A stretch of DNA of 64,000 bases from positions 210,823 to 274,822 of the forward strand of contig CAVXAM010000006.1 in NCBI GenBank assembly GCA_963759785.1, given 5' to 3'. Below the pieces are notes generated by a model. The model had not been told where the DNA came from and did no database searches. It saw nothing but the letters and a program-made list of their open reading frames with translations. The DNA is from an uncultured Chloroflexia bacterium. Its GTDB lineage: Bacteria > Chloroflexota > Dehalococcoidia > Dehalococcoidales > RBG-16-60-22. This document shows positions 19,752 to 28,709 of the stretch, one piece after another (the first letter of the stretch is position 1; the number at the start of each line of letters is the position of its first letter). The translations under genes were made by a program, and so were the position numbers.

Positions 19752-19979
19752 AATTCTATTTTTACCTTATTCGTATTATCTTTTTGACATCGATTTATTT
19801 TATTCTAGCAATAGTTTAGCATCAGGATATAAAATTCGGCATAAAAGGTATAAAAGAATCATAAATATTCTCTTAAGGTTTTATTAATGAAAAAGGCTAT
19901 TTAGGTAGCAAAAACAGGCATAAAAAAGCCCGAAGCGTTAAAATCTTCAGGTTTTATGGGTTTACGACTGTATTATGAG

Positions 19980-20315
19980 CTACTTTTCCTGTTTTTCGGT
20001 CGATTTCAGCATTTCCATCAGGTTATCGATGGTTTTTAAAAGCTTGAGTCCGCTGTCAGTCACCTGATAGGCAGTCATGGTACTGTCCAGATTGACCTTA
20101 TTAATAAAGCCCTGATTCACCAGATAGTCGAGGTATTTCTGAATCTGGCTAAAACTCATGTTGGCGTTATACATGATTTCGGTTTTGCCAGCGCCGTTTT
20201 CACCGATGCGGAGCATATCGGCGATTATCTCGATATTAGAGCGCCGCTGCCCGGCAACAACCTTGGTTTTGGGGGAGGTACTAGACACGAGACCATCGTT
20301 GAGCTCTAAATTCAT
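19980..20315 (-). CDS. Small winged-helix DNA-binding protein
   Basis: 111 aa. EIIADMLRIGENGAGKTEIMYNANMSFSQIQKYLDYLVNQGFI looks like a wHTH of the archaeal-type small regulator class. Confidence 0.55.
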   Translation of the reverse strand: MNLELNDGLVSSTSPKTKVVAGQRRSNIEIIADMLRIGENGAGKTEIMYNANMSFSQIQKYLDYLVNQGFINKVNLDSTMTAYQVTDSGLKLLKTIDNLMEMLKSTEKQEK

Positions 20316-20375
20316 GGTACTATTGTACCGTTCGCAAAAAATGGTGTCAATAAAAAAACATCACAAAAAAGCGTA

Positions 20376-20404
20376 TTAACTATGTTTTCTCCATATGTTA
20401 TAAT
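20376..20404 (+). promoter_or_regulatory. Putative extended -10 promoter of the proB operon
   Basis: TTAACT (20376-20381), 17 nt, TGT-TATAAT (-10 at 20399-20404). Shares the 13-mer ATGTTATAATTTA with the tRNA-Gln promoter at 56277-56289. Confidence 0.45.
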
Positions 20405-20431
20405 TTAGGGAACGCTTTATTTTTTACGAAG

Positions 20432-21601
20432 ATGAACAAGAAAGACTATAATTCATCGAAATTGATATACCGGCGAATTGTGGTAAAACTGGGCACCAGT
20501 TTAATCACCGGCGGGGGTAATCGCCTTGACCGGGATGTAATGTCGAATCTGGTCTCACAAATAGCCCATTTACAGAAGCGGGGCGCCGAGATAGTCGTGG
20601 TTACCTCCGGAGCCATCGCCGCCGGCAGATATAAGCTGGGCTTGACCGAGAAAATTAAAGGTATACCCTACAAACAGGTCCTGGCATCAGTGGGGCAAAG
20701 TCGGTTGATGAATACCTACGAACAACTTTTCGAACAGCATAACGTCACCGTGGCTCAAGCATTACTGACTAAAGCCGATATCGCCGACCGCGCCGGTTAC
20801 CTCAATGCCCGTAATACGTTACTGGCTCTGATGGAGTTAAAAGTCGTTTGTATCGTTAACGAAAACGACGTGGTATCTACCGACGAGATTAAGGAAGCTA
20901 AATTCGGCGATAATGATAATCTTTCGGCGATGGTGGCTAACCTGATAGATGCCGATATGCTAATGATGCTGACCGATATCGGTGGACTCTATACTACCGA
21001 CCCTCATACCGACTCCAGAGCGAAGCTGATACCGGTAGTTAAGAAAATCGATGCCGGGGTTAAACGGCTGGGCTCGAACACCACCAGCACCATAGGAACC
21101 GGCGGTATGATAACTAAAATAGAAGCTGCCAAACTAGCTACCGAATCGGGAGTCAGGGTGGTTATTGCTGACGGTAAAGAACCCGATATTATCGTTAGAT
21201 TAGCCACCGGCGACCCCGCCGGTACCCATTTTTTAAGCGCTGCTAACCACCTGGAAAGCCGCCAGAGGTGGATGCTTTCCGGGCTTGGCACTAAAGGCAA
21301 ACTGGTCGTCGACAGCGGCGCCGCGTTAGCGCTTAAAAAACATAACCGAAGTCTGTTAGCCGCCGGCATCAAGTCGGTGGAGGGGAAGTTCGGGCGGGGT
21401 GATATCGTGGCGATTTATGATACCGAGGGCTCGCAAATCGGTTGCGGCATTACCAACTATAGCGCCCCCGATATCGTTATAATTAAAGGAGCACAGTCCG
21501 ATAAAATCAGTAGTCTATTAAGTTTCGATTATGGACCAGAGGTAGTGCACCGCAACAATTTCGCTTTACTAGAAAGGGAGGCACCAATTGCCAAGGGGTA
21601 A
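20432..21601 (+). CDS. proB: Glutamate 5-kinase with PUA domain
   Basis: 389 aa with VVKLGTS, VVTSGAIAAG and a C-terminal PUA-like domain. Confidence 0.9.
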   Translation: MNKKDYNSSKLIYRRIVVKLGTSLITGGGNRLDRDVMSNLVSQIAHLQKRGAEIVVVTSGAIAAGRYKLGLTEKIKGIPYKQVLASVGQSRLMNTYEQLFEQHNVTVAQALLTKADIADRAGYLNARNTLLALMELKVVCIVNENDVVSTDEIKEAKFGDNDNLSAMVANLIDADMLMMLTDIGGLYTTDPHTDSRAKLIPVVKKIDAGVKRLGSNTTSTIGTGGMITKIEAAKLATESGVRVVIADGKEPDIIVRLATGDPAGTHFLSAANHLESRQRWMLSGLGTKGKLVVDSGAALALKKHNRSLLAAGIKSVEGKFGRGDIVAIYDTEGSQIGCGITNYSAPDIVIIKGAQSDKISSLLSFDYGPEVVHRNNFALLEREAPIAKG

Positions 21602-21854
21602 ACTTTATTTCGCGATAGAGAAGCAATTTATTGCTAATGTCAGCTATAACTTCCAGCACCAAGAAGACCACGGCTGGTGGGGCGAACTGACACTAATCGA
21701 GTATAAACAAGTTCAAGACGGCGGCGGTTATCTTATCGAACTGGAGGACGGCCGAAAAAGCTCCTGTGCTTTAAAGAAACGTGTCAATCGGGCGGTAACG
21801 AGTCTGCCGCCGCGCTATGTCTATCACTTTAGCGGGACCGGGGATTTCAAGTAA
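21588..21854 (+). CDS. Hypothetical 88-aa protein wedged between proB and proA
   Basis: TTG start preceded by GGGAGG at a 6-nt spacing. Overlaps the proB 3' end by 14 nt. No recognisable motif. Confidence 0.5.
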   Translation: MPRGKLYFAIEKQFIANVSYNFQHQEDHGWWGELTLIEYKQVQDGGGYLIELEDGRKSSCALKKRVNRAVTSLPPRYVYHFSGTGDFK

Positions 21855-21872
21855 TTAGAACGAGAAATAAAA

Positions 21873-23147
21873 ATGAAAAACGCGATAGATGATTTAAGAG
21901 CCAAAGGCAGAGCCGCCAAGCTTGCCTCGCGCCGGCTTGCCTATATATCCACCGATATAAAAAATAAGGCGTTGAAATATATCGCCGATGACATTCTTTT
22001 GCGGAAGGACGAAATACTGGCGGCAAATGAGAAGGACTATAAGGCGGCTAAAGCTACCGGTATGGGTACGGCTTTACTGGATAGACTGATGCTTAACGAA
22101 AGCCGTCTGGAAGGCATCGCCGCCGATACTAAAGCCGTCGCCGCTTTACCCGACCCCGTCGGCGAGGTGTACGAGATGCGCACCATGCCCAACGGACTGC
22201 AAATCGGCAAGAAGCGAGTGCCGCTCGGTGTTATCGGGGCGATTTACGAGAGCCGACCCAACGTTACCGTGGATATCGCATCGCTATGTCTTAAGTCCGG
22301 CAACGCGGTTATCCTGCGGGGCGGTAAAGAGACGATTAACTCTAATACCGCCATCGTTAAAGTTATCCAGGGAGCCTGCAAAAGGGCGGGGATACCGGCG
22401 GGGTGCGTGCAGTTTATCGATAATACCGACCGCGCCTTGGTCGATATCATGCTGAAAATGAACGACGTCATCGACCTGATTATTCCTCGGGGTGGGGCGG
22501 GACTAATCCGTTCGGTAGCCGAAAATACCACCATAGCAGTCGTCACCGGCGGCATCGGCGTATGCCACACCTACGTGGATAAAAGCGCCAATCTCAAAAA
22601 CGCCGTAAACATCGTCTATAACGCGAAAGTCCAGCGTCCTACCGTCTGCAACGCTTTAGACACCGTACTCGTCCACGCGGATATCGCAGAAAGTTTCTTA
22701 CCGGAGATGGCGGCGGAACTGAATAAAGCCAAAGTAGAACTCCATTGCGATGCTAACGCGATGGCCATCCTTGACTCGGGGCAGGGACTCAAGCTAGTCC
22801 CTGCCCAGGAAGAGGATTGGGGCAAGGAATTTTTAGCTTTGATAGCCGCGATAAAGGTGGTGAATTCTCTCGGCGAGGCGCTGGAACATATCGAACACTA
22901 CGGTTCGGGGCATTCCGAGGCTATCATTACCGAGGACTACACCAGTGCGATGCGTTTTCTTAACGAGGTGGACGCGGCCTGTGTTTACGTTAACGCCAGC
23001 ACCAGATTCACCGACGGCGGACAGTTCGGTTTGGGGGCGGAGGTAGGGATAAGCACACAAAAACTCCACGCCCGCGGTCCGATGGGTCTTAAAGAACTAA
23101 CGACCTATAAGTGGATAATTTTCGGTAACGGTCAGGTACGACCGTAA
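21873..23147 (+). CDS. proA: Gamma-glutamyl phosphate reductase
   Basis: 424 aa of the aldehyde-dehydrogenase fold (IYESRPNVT, catalytic-Cys context VCNALDTVLVH). Confidence 0.9.
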   Translation: MKNAIDDLRAKGRAAKLASRRLAYISTDIKNKALKYIADDILLRKDEILAANEKDYKAAKATGMGTALLDRLMLNESRLEGIAADTKAVAALPDPVGEVYEMRTMPNGLQIGKKRVPLGVIGAIYESRPNVTVDIASLCLKSGNAVILRGGKETINSNTAIVKVIQGACKRAGIPAGCVQFIDNTDRALVDIMLKMNDVIDLIIPRGGAGLIRSVAENTTIAVVTGGIGVCHTYVDKSANLKNAVNIVYNAKVQRPTVCNALDTVLVHADIAESFLPEMAAELNKAKVELHCDANAMAILDSGQGLKLVPAQEEDWGKEFLALIAAIKVVNSLGEALEHIEHYGSGHSEAIITEDYTSAMRFLNEVDAACVYVNASTRFTDGGQFGLGAEVGISTQKLHARGPMGLKELTTYKWIIFGNGQVRP

Positions 23148-23888
23148 TTACTTCGGGGGTTTCAATACTTCCTGCTGGACTTTAAAAAGCTGCTGGATGC
23201 CTTTTTCCGCTAGCGCTAGCAAGTCATCGATGGATTGTTTGGAAAAAGGCTTGCCCTCGGCGGTGCCCTGGACTTCAACAAACTCACCCTTGCTGGTCAT
23301 AACGATATTAAAGTCCACACCTGCCTGCGAATCTTCATCATAGCAAAGGTCGAGCATCATGTAACTATTGACGATACCGACACTGGTGGCGGCGACGGCG
23401 CTTTTGAGTGGTATTTTGGAAATTACGCCCATCTGTACTAGTTTTTCCATCGCCTGGTGTAAAGCGACATAAGCGCCGGTAATCGCCGCGGTACGAGTAC
23501 CGCCGTCGGCCTGTATAACGTCGCAATCAACAATCAGCGTTCTTTCGCCTAAAGCTTCCATATCCGTCACGGCGCGTAATGAACGTCCAATCAGACGCTG
23601 TATTTCCTGGTTGCGACCGCCGACGTGACCGTTAACGGAATCGCGCTGGGAGCGGGTAACGGTGGCGCGGGGAAGCATGGCGTATTCGGCCGTAACCCAG
23701 CCGGCGCCGCTTCCCTTTAAAAACGGCGGCACCCTGTCCTCGACGCTGACAGCGCAGAGGACGTGGGTTTTACCGAGCTTAATTAAAGCCGACCCTTCGG
23801 CGAAACTCTGGTAGCCGGGGACAATCTTAATCGGTCTTAGCTCATCGTAGGCGCGTCCATCGACTCTTTTCACGAATCGTTCTCCCAT
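23148..23888 (-). CDS. rph: Ribonuclease PH
   Basis: 246 aa with R-x-DGR…[12 protein letters not shown] and [11 protein letters not shown]. Confidence 0.9.
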   Translation of the reverse strand: MGERFVKRVDGRAYDELRPIKIVPGYQSFAEGSALIKLGKTHVLCAVSVEDRVPPFLKGSGAGWVTAEYAMLPRATVTRSQRDSVNGHVGGRNQEIQRLIGRSLRAVTDMEALGERTLIVDCDVIQADGGTRTAAITGAYVALHQAMEKLVQMGVISKIPLKSAVAATSVGIVNSYMMLDLCYDEDSQAGVDFNIVMTSKGEFVEVQGTAEGKPFSKQSIDDLLALAEKGIQQLFKVQQEVLKPPK

Positions 23889-23946
23889 CTATCTGGCGAT
23901 ATGTCAGAGTATAACAGAGAAAAAATGAGTTAGCAATCAGTTAAAA

Positions 23947-24423
23947 CTATAACGAAACCAGGTACTCTTTTAACCACCCCAACACAGCTTCCGCCACTTT
24001 TTGCTTTATTTCAAGGCGGCTTCCAGATAACTCCAACTTGCGGCTAGAGACGCCGTTTTTATCTGCTATCCCGATATAAAAAAGTCCCACCGGTTTACCC
24101 GGCGTTGCCCCACCCGGTCCGGCGACGCCGGTATCCGAAAGGCAAATATCTACGTTCAGAACCTTTTTACCGCCGCGAGCCATCTCTTCAGCGACCTGGG
24201 GGCTGACCGCGCCGTAACGCTTTAGAGTAGCGGCTTTTACGCCGACGACCTTTATCTTTATTTCGTTGGCGTAAGAGACGATTGACCCTTTAAAGTAATC
24301 AGAGCTGCCGGGAACGTTAGTAATCAGGTGGGATATCAAGCCGCCGGTGCCTGATTCTACCGTGCCTAACGTAAGTCCCTTTCGTCTTAATAAGTCTCCG
24401 ACTTCTTTTTCTAATGACGCCAT
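23947..24423 (-). CDS. pncC: CinA C-terminal-domain protein (nicotinamide-nucleotide amidohydrolase family)
   Basis: 158 aa with LTLGTVESGTGGLISHLITNVPGSSDYF. Confidence 0.75.
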   Translation of the reverse strand: MASLEKEVGDLLRRKGLTLGTVESGTGGLISHLITNVPGSSDYFKGSIVSYANEIKIKVVGVKAATLKRYGAVSPQVAEEMARGGKKVLNVDICLSDTGVAGPGGATPGKPVGLFYIGIADKNGVSSRKLELSGSRLEIKQKVAEAVLGWLKEYLVSL

Positions 24424-24431
24424 ACACCCAC

Positions 24432-25094
24432 CTATAAATATGGGAAAACATTACTTTTAATATAATTAAAGTTTTCGGTGACCTTTTCCTTGCCAATAAT
24501 AATTCCCATATGCCCGGGTAAAAGGTAGTCTATATCGAGTTTGGCTAATGACTCGATAGATTTTTTCAGAGCGATAGCATTACCACCGGGCAGGTCGACA
24601 CGGCCGGTATTCATCTCGAAAATTACGTCGCCGCAAATAAGGACCTTTTCTTTCTTCAGATAAAAGCAAACGCAGTCCGGTGAATGTCCCGGTGATAGTA
24701 TTAACTCTATTTTCACGTCACCCGCTGCTAAAACCTTTTCGTCTAAAAGATAGTCCTCTTTAAACATTACCGGCTCCACCCCTAAATGCTTATCGGCATC
24801 AATCACCACCAGCTGATAATTTTGTTTCTGAACAGGATGGAGGGCGATTTTGGCGCCCGATAATTTCTTAAAAGATTCGTTGGCGGTGCGGTGGTCGATA
24901 TGGAGGTGGGTATTAACGATGATACCGATATCTTCAGGGTTGATGCCATCCTGGCGCATTGCGCCAACTTTCCCGATTAAGAATTGAGCGTTGCCGGGGT
25001 CGACGATAATGCCGGGTTTGCTTTTTATAATATAGGTATTGCTATCTAATACTCCCTGTTCGGGATAAAAATATAGATTATTCAGTAGTTTCAT
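24432..25094 (-). CDS. MBL-fold metallo-hydrolase
   Basis: 220 aa with THLHIDH (HxHxDH) and SPGHSPD. Confidence 0.8.
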   Translation of the reverse strand: MKLLNNLYFYPEQGVLDSNTYIIKSKPGIIVDPGNAQFLIGKVGAMRQDGINPEDIGIIVNTHLHIDHRTANESFKKLSGAKIALHPVQKQNYQLVVIDADKHLGVEPVMFKEDYLLDEKVLAAGDVKIELILSPGHSPDCVCFYLKKEKVLICGDVIFEMNTGRVDLPGGNAIALKKSIESLAKLDIDYLLPGHMGIIIGKEKVTENFNYIKSNVFPYL

Positions 25095-25170
25095 GCTATA
25101 TTATCTCCAAATGAAATATTTACTACGGCTAATATACTATTATATATCATTACATTAAGGAGGCTAAAGT

Positions 25171-25377
25171 ATGAAAATTTTAGGAGCTATTCTCGGGGCG
25201 CTTGGTGGTGTTAGCCTGCTATTATGGATTACGGAATACATAATGGTAAAAGCGGATTATTTTTACGAACCCCTTTTTACCTATTTCAACGCCGATTTTT
25301 GTATGTACTTAGCAGGACTTTTATTCTTGGCGGCAATCGTTTGTTTACTTATAAACAAACGAAACTCCGTTGAATAA
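25171..25377 (+). CDS. Small two-helix membrane protein, hypothetical
   Basis: 68 aa with two hydrophobic helices. AAGGAGG RBS upstream. Confidence 0.45.
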   Translation: MKILGAILGALGGVSLLLWITEYIMVKADYFYEPLFTYFNADFCMYLAGLLFLAAIVCLLINKRNSVE

Positions 25378-25395
25378 ACACCTTTAGGAAAAATC

Positions 25396-25671
25396 TTGGA
25401 CGATAAAAGTAACGCCCGTTTGACTATTAAAGTTACGCCTAACGCCGGCCGTAACGCCATAGTCGGTTTTAAAGAAGGCGTTTTGCTGGTCAAGGTTGCC
25501 GCCCCGCCGGAAAAAGGTAAAGCCAACAAAGAGCTTATCGATTTCCTGGCGGAGAAACTGGGAATTAAGAAATCTTCGGTGTTAATCGTTAAAGGACAGA
25601 CCAGCCGATTTAAGAGCATCGTTATCGAGGGGATGAGCGGGGATGAGGTGGTAAAACGTTTTATGGGTTAG
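25396..25671 (+). CDS. DUF167/YggU family protein
   Basis: 91 aa with VTPNAGRN…APPEKGKANKELIDFLA…KGQTSRFK. Confidence 0.8.
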   Translation: MDDKSNARLTIKVTPNAGRNAIVGFKEGVLLVKVAAPPEKGKANKELIDFLAEKLGIKKSSVLIVKGQTSRFKSIVIEGMSGDEVVKRFMG

Positions 25672-25681
25672 CGAAAAAAGG

Positions 25682-25703
25682 GAGGGGGGCTTTCGCCCCC
25701 CTC
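25682..25703. terminator. GC-rich hairpin between convergent genes (bidirectional terminator candidate)
   Basis: GAGGGGGGC-tttc-GCCCCCCTC, a perfect 9-bp stem, with A-run upstream and T-rich sequence downstream. Confidence 0.6.
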
Positions 25704-25725
25704 TGATTATTTGTTTAGTCTTCGA

Positions 25726-26877
25726 TTAAGACTTCTTCGGCTTGCGGCGTCGCCACCAGACGAAGTATAGAATGATGACCAGGATAGGTATCCAGACCAG
25801 ACTCCAGATGCCCAGTCCGATGAACAAAGCCGAAATGCCGCGTCCGAAAGCTGCTAAAGCATTCCAAGCGCTATCGGCGATACTGCCGGCACTCCAGCCA
25901 GGATTAACCGTGATATAGTTTTCGCGGGTATATTCTACGGTATTGCCTTTGTCGTCAGTGACCTTAAGCGAGACGGTATAAACACCATTGGCGCGATAGA
26001 CATGGGAGGGATTAACCTCGGTACTAGTCTCGTCGTCACCGAACTTCCATTCGAAAGTATAGGGATAAAAACCGCCGGAGACGTTAGGATTAAAAGTTAC
26101 GGCTTCGCCTTCTTTGATCGTCCGGGTTCCTGCGGTAAATTCAACAATCAGTTTGGATTGCTCTAAATTTACGGTAAATAGAGCCAGATTAGAGCTTTGC
26201 TCGAGATACTGCATACGACCCTTGGTAATCTCGATTTGTTCGCGAGTATTGGTTAACTCTCGCTGGACTTCGAGTATGTCCGCTACCGTGCCAGCCTTCT
26301 TCATCAGCTCCAGCAGCTGTGTTTCACTCGCTTCCAGGTTACGCAGTTTGGCGGAAAGGTCGGTATAATCCTGCGTCACATCCTGGCCGGAAGTAGTCTC
26401 CGACTTAACATCCACCGCCAGGCTATGCAGGGCATGAATGGTGTCATCGAAGTGTGTGGCTAACACACGGAAACTGATGTAGGCGTATAATCGGCTCTGG
26501 TCTTCGCTGATATTGGAATTGACAACGAACCCGCCGAAATTCGTAGCCAGGTTAGTAATCTGGGTTAAAGCCTCGGTGATGTTATCAGCGACGATAGTCA
26601 GGGAGGCGTTATAAATCACCATCCGGTCGGTGGTAGTAGTAGAAGAATCGTAGGCGCTATAGGTTGGACCACCTTTTTCCGGAGCTGCCGCAACAGTCAT
26701 CGGTGGCGCCGCGTAGAATGTCGTCGTTGTTGGCACAACCGTTTGTAAGATATACCCATCATTCCCTTCCCCTGAATACACCTGGTGTACCGTTTCACCA
26801 CCCCCGCATCCAGCCACCCCGATGAGCAACAGGATAGCTAATACACCAAACAACACCTTTTTCATAAACACCTCCAA
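25726..26877 (-). CDS. Lipoprotein with DUF4349-like region, PKD domain and C-terminal TM anchor
   Basis: Lipobox LLIGVAGCGG. Coiled-coil-like middle region. PKD signature FEWKFGDDETSTEVNPSHVYRANGVYTVSLKVTDDKGN. C-terminal TM followed by RRRKPKKS. Confidence 0.65.
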   Translation of the reverse strand: MEVFMKKVLFGVLAILLLIGVAGCGGGETVHQVYSGEGNDGYILQTVVPTTTTFYAAPPMTVAAAPEKGGPTYSAYDSSTTTTDRMVIYNASLTIVADNITEALTQITNLATNFGGFVVNSNISEDQSRLYAYISFRVLATHFDDTIHALHSLAVDVKSETTSGQDVTQDYTDLSAKLRNLEASETQLLELMKKAGTVADILEVQRELTNTREQIEITKGRMQYLEQSSNLALFTVNLEQSKLIVEFTAGTRTIKEGEAVTFNPNVSGGFYPYTFEWKFGDDETSTEVNPSHVYRANGVYTVSLKVTDDKGNTVEYTRENYITVNPGWSAGSIADSAWNALAAFGRGISALFIGLGIWSLVWIPILVIILYFVWWRRRKPKKS

Positions 26878-26968
26878 ATTTGTTATTGCTTTGCTTAGTA
26901 TAACGTAAAAAAGGGTAAAAAGTTGGAGATAAACAAGAGAAATCTATATTCTTTTGCTTGATATTTGC

Positions 26969-27364
26969 TTATTTTTTGATAATATCTCTGATAATGGCGC
27001 GCTTTTCGAGGTATTCTTTAACGATACGGCGTCCTTCATCAGTTAAACGGGCGTGACCGCCTTTAGGACCGCCGGTAGTTTTTGTGACTAACGGAGTTTC
27101 CGCCAGACGGTTCATCGCTTCCACCCAGAGCCAGGCATTGCGATAAGCCAGCTTCATCGAACGAGCCGCCGCGGATATCGAACCAAGCCTATCAATACGT
27201 TCCAACAAAGTTGCCCTGCCCCAACCCATGAATAACTTGCCGTCTTTTTCGAGCCAGACCTTGCTCCTTAAAACGATACCCAACTCCGGTTTATGTCCCG
27301 AACGAACGCCATGCTTGATACCGAATTCAGGCACGAAGCTTTCATGGTCTTTTTTCTTGGGCAT
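26969..27364 (-). CDS. ModE N-terminal-domain-like (molybdate-responsive-type) wHTH regulator
   Basis: LGSISAAARSMKLAYRNAWLWVEAMN…GGPKGGHARLTDEG matches the ModE/LysR-like HTH. I prefer the ATG at 27364 (GGAG RBS 9 nt upstream) over the track start at 27442. Confidence 0.7.
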   Translation of the reverse strand: MPKKKDHESFVPEFGIKHGVRSGHKPELGIVLRSKVWLEKDGKLFMGWGRATLLERIDRLGSISAAARSMKLAYRNAWLWVEAMNRLAETPLVTKTTGGPKGGHARLTDEGRRIVKEYLEKRAIIRDIIKK

Positions 27365-27470
27365 TTGGATAATCTCCGAATGCTTTATGTTACCAACAAC
27401 ATAACGCCACGTCAAATACCAATATCTTTGTTTCATATTCATTATGTATTTAATAAAAAATCAAAATGCG

Positions 27471-27519
27471 TGTGATGTTTTTGTGATAATTTTGTGATGT
27501 TTTGTGATGTTTTTGTGAT
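27471..27519. repeat. Five direct TGTGAT repeats phased at 11, 11, 10 and 11 bp
   Basis: TGTGAT at 27471, 27482, 27493, 27503 and 27514, each embedded in a T-rich context (TTGTGATGTTT). Lies in the divergent intergenic region between 27364(-) and 27619(+). Confidence 0.7.
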
Positions 27520-27530
27520 TATATAGCTTT

Positions 27531-27553
27531 ATCATTCAAAACGTATGAATGAT
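27531..27553. promoter_or_regulatory. Operator-like inverted repeat ATCATTCA-N7-TGAATGAT
   Basis: Perfect 8-bp arms, 66 nt upstream of the HTH gene start at 27619. Confidence 0.4.
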
Positions 27554-27618
27554 ACGACAACTTCGTAGGAAACACATTTAACAAACAATATGCTAATATC
27601 AACAACAAGGAGCAAACC

Positions 27619-27837
27619 ATGCCGAGAAGAAATCTTTTTAAAAGTATCCGACTAACATCAGGAGATATCGCTGCTTATTGCGAGGTAAGTAAGAGTACGG
27701 TCCTCGAGTGGATAAAAAGCGAGCGGCTTAAAGCTTTTCGGCTCCCCAGCGGACACTACCGTATCGATATCAAAGACTTTAAAGACTTCCTCACGAAATG
27801 GGATATGCCGGTCAAAGGATGGCCGTTCGAAGAATAA
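27619..27837 (+). CDS. Excisionase/MerR-superfamily helix-turn-helix DNA-binding protein
   Basis: 72 aa. IAAYCEVSKSTVLEWIKSERLKAFRLPSGHYRI is typical of the HTH_17/excisionase-type domain. AAGGAG RBS upstream. Confidence 0.7.
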   Translation: MPRRNLFKSIRLTSGDIAAYCEVSKSTVLEWIKSERLKAFRLPSGHYRIDIKDFKDFLTKWDMPVKGWPFEE

Positions 27838-27861
27838 AATAATGGGCTCTAAATCCTAATA

Positions 27862-28599
27862 TTACGACGTGCCCAACTGCACCAGCTGCCCCATCATATA
27901 ACTGCATTTATCTGACGCCAGGAAAGCGACGACCGGCGCTACATCCGCCGGTTCACAGAGTCGTTTTAATAAAGAAGCCTGTTTCTCGCCTTCCAGCATT
28001 TCGCGCGGAGCACGGTAAACCAAACCGGTCTTACCGAGACCAGGCCCCACAGCATTAACGAAAATACCTTTATCGCCAACCTCCCTCGCCAGGGCTTTAG
28101 TGAATTGGACGACGCCGCCTTTAGCCGCCCCATAAATAGAGATATCGGGGAAGCCCTGCCCGCCGGACGTATTGATGATGCGTCCGTATTTACGGGCTAG
28201 CATATGAGGTAGTACCGCTTTAGCAACCCGCATTTGACCGATAAGATTCACTCCGATATCGAATTGCCAATCCTCTTCCGTCATTTCAATAAAAGGACGT
28301 AGCTCGCTGCTGGCGCCGGCGTTATTCACGAGGATATCGATTCTGCCGAACTTTTTAATCGCTTCGGCTACCATCGCGTCGACCTCTTTTTTCTTGGTGA
28401 CATCGGCTTTTATCGCCAGCGCTTGACGTCCCAGCTTTTTAACTTGAGCGGCCGTCTTTTTCGCGCCGTCGAGGTCGATATCGGTGGCGATGATATCGCA
28501 GCCCTCTGCCGCCAAAGTTAAACAAATAGCCTTTCCGTAACCTATCTGGCTGCCGGCACCGGTGACTAAAGCGACTTTATCCTTTAATTTAAGGTCCAT
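27862..28599 (-). CDS. Short-chain dehydrogenase/reductase (FabG-like)
   Basis: 245 aa with TGAGSQIGYG, NNAG and YGAAK. Confidence 0.85.
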   Translation of the reverse strand: MDLKLKDKVALVTGAGSQIGYGKAICLTLAAEGCDIIATDIDLDGAKKTAAQVKKLGRQALAIKADVTKKKEVDAMVAEAIKKFGRIDILVNNAGASSELRPFIEMTEEDWQFDIGVNLIGQMRVAKAVLPHMLARKYGRIINTSGGQGFPDISIYGAAKGGVVQFTKALAREVGDKGIFVNAVGPGLGKTGLVYRAPREMLEGEKQASLLKRLCEPADVAPVVAFLASDKCSYMMGQLVQLGTS

Positions 28600-28644
28600 A
28601 CATAACTCCTTTATGATATTCTAGTACCGCTCCTTTTCCCCTCC

Positions 28645-28698
28645 CCTGGATTCCCAATCCCGTATCAGGTACGGGACAGGTCGAGTTGGGAATGACGG
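28645..28698. repeat. Compound REP-like element
   Basis: CCTGGATTCCCAA…TTGGGAATGACGG outer arms enclosing an inner hairpin TCCCGTA-tcag-GTACGGGA. Lies 12 nt downstream of the stop of the 28710..29528 gene. Confidence 0.5.
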
Positions 28699-28709
28699 TA
28701 AAATAGAGA

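Noticed and set aside
27471-27519. TGTGAT repeat array as a CRISPR array or as a DnaA-box cluster (oriC)
   Set aside because: The units are only ~11 bp with no unique spacers, so this is not CRISPR. The motif is one base short of the TGTGGATAA/TTATCCACA DnaA box, and no dnaA, dnaN or AT-rich unwinding element is adjacent.
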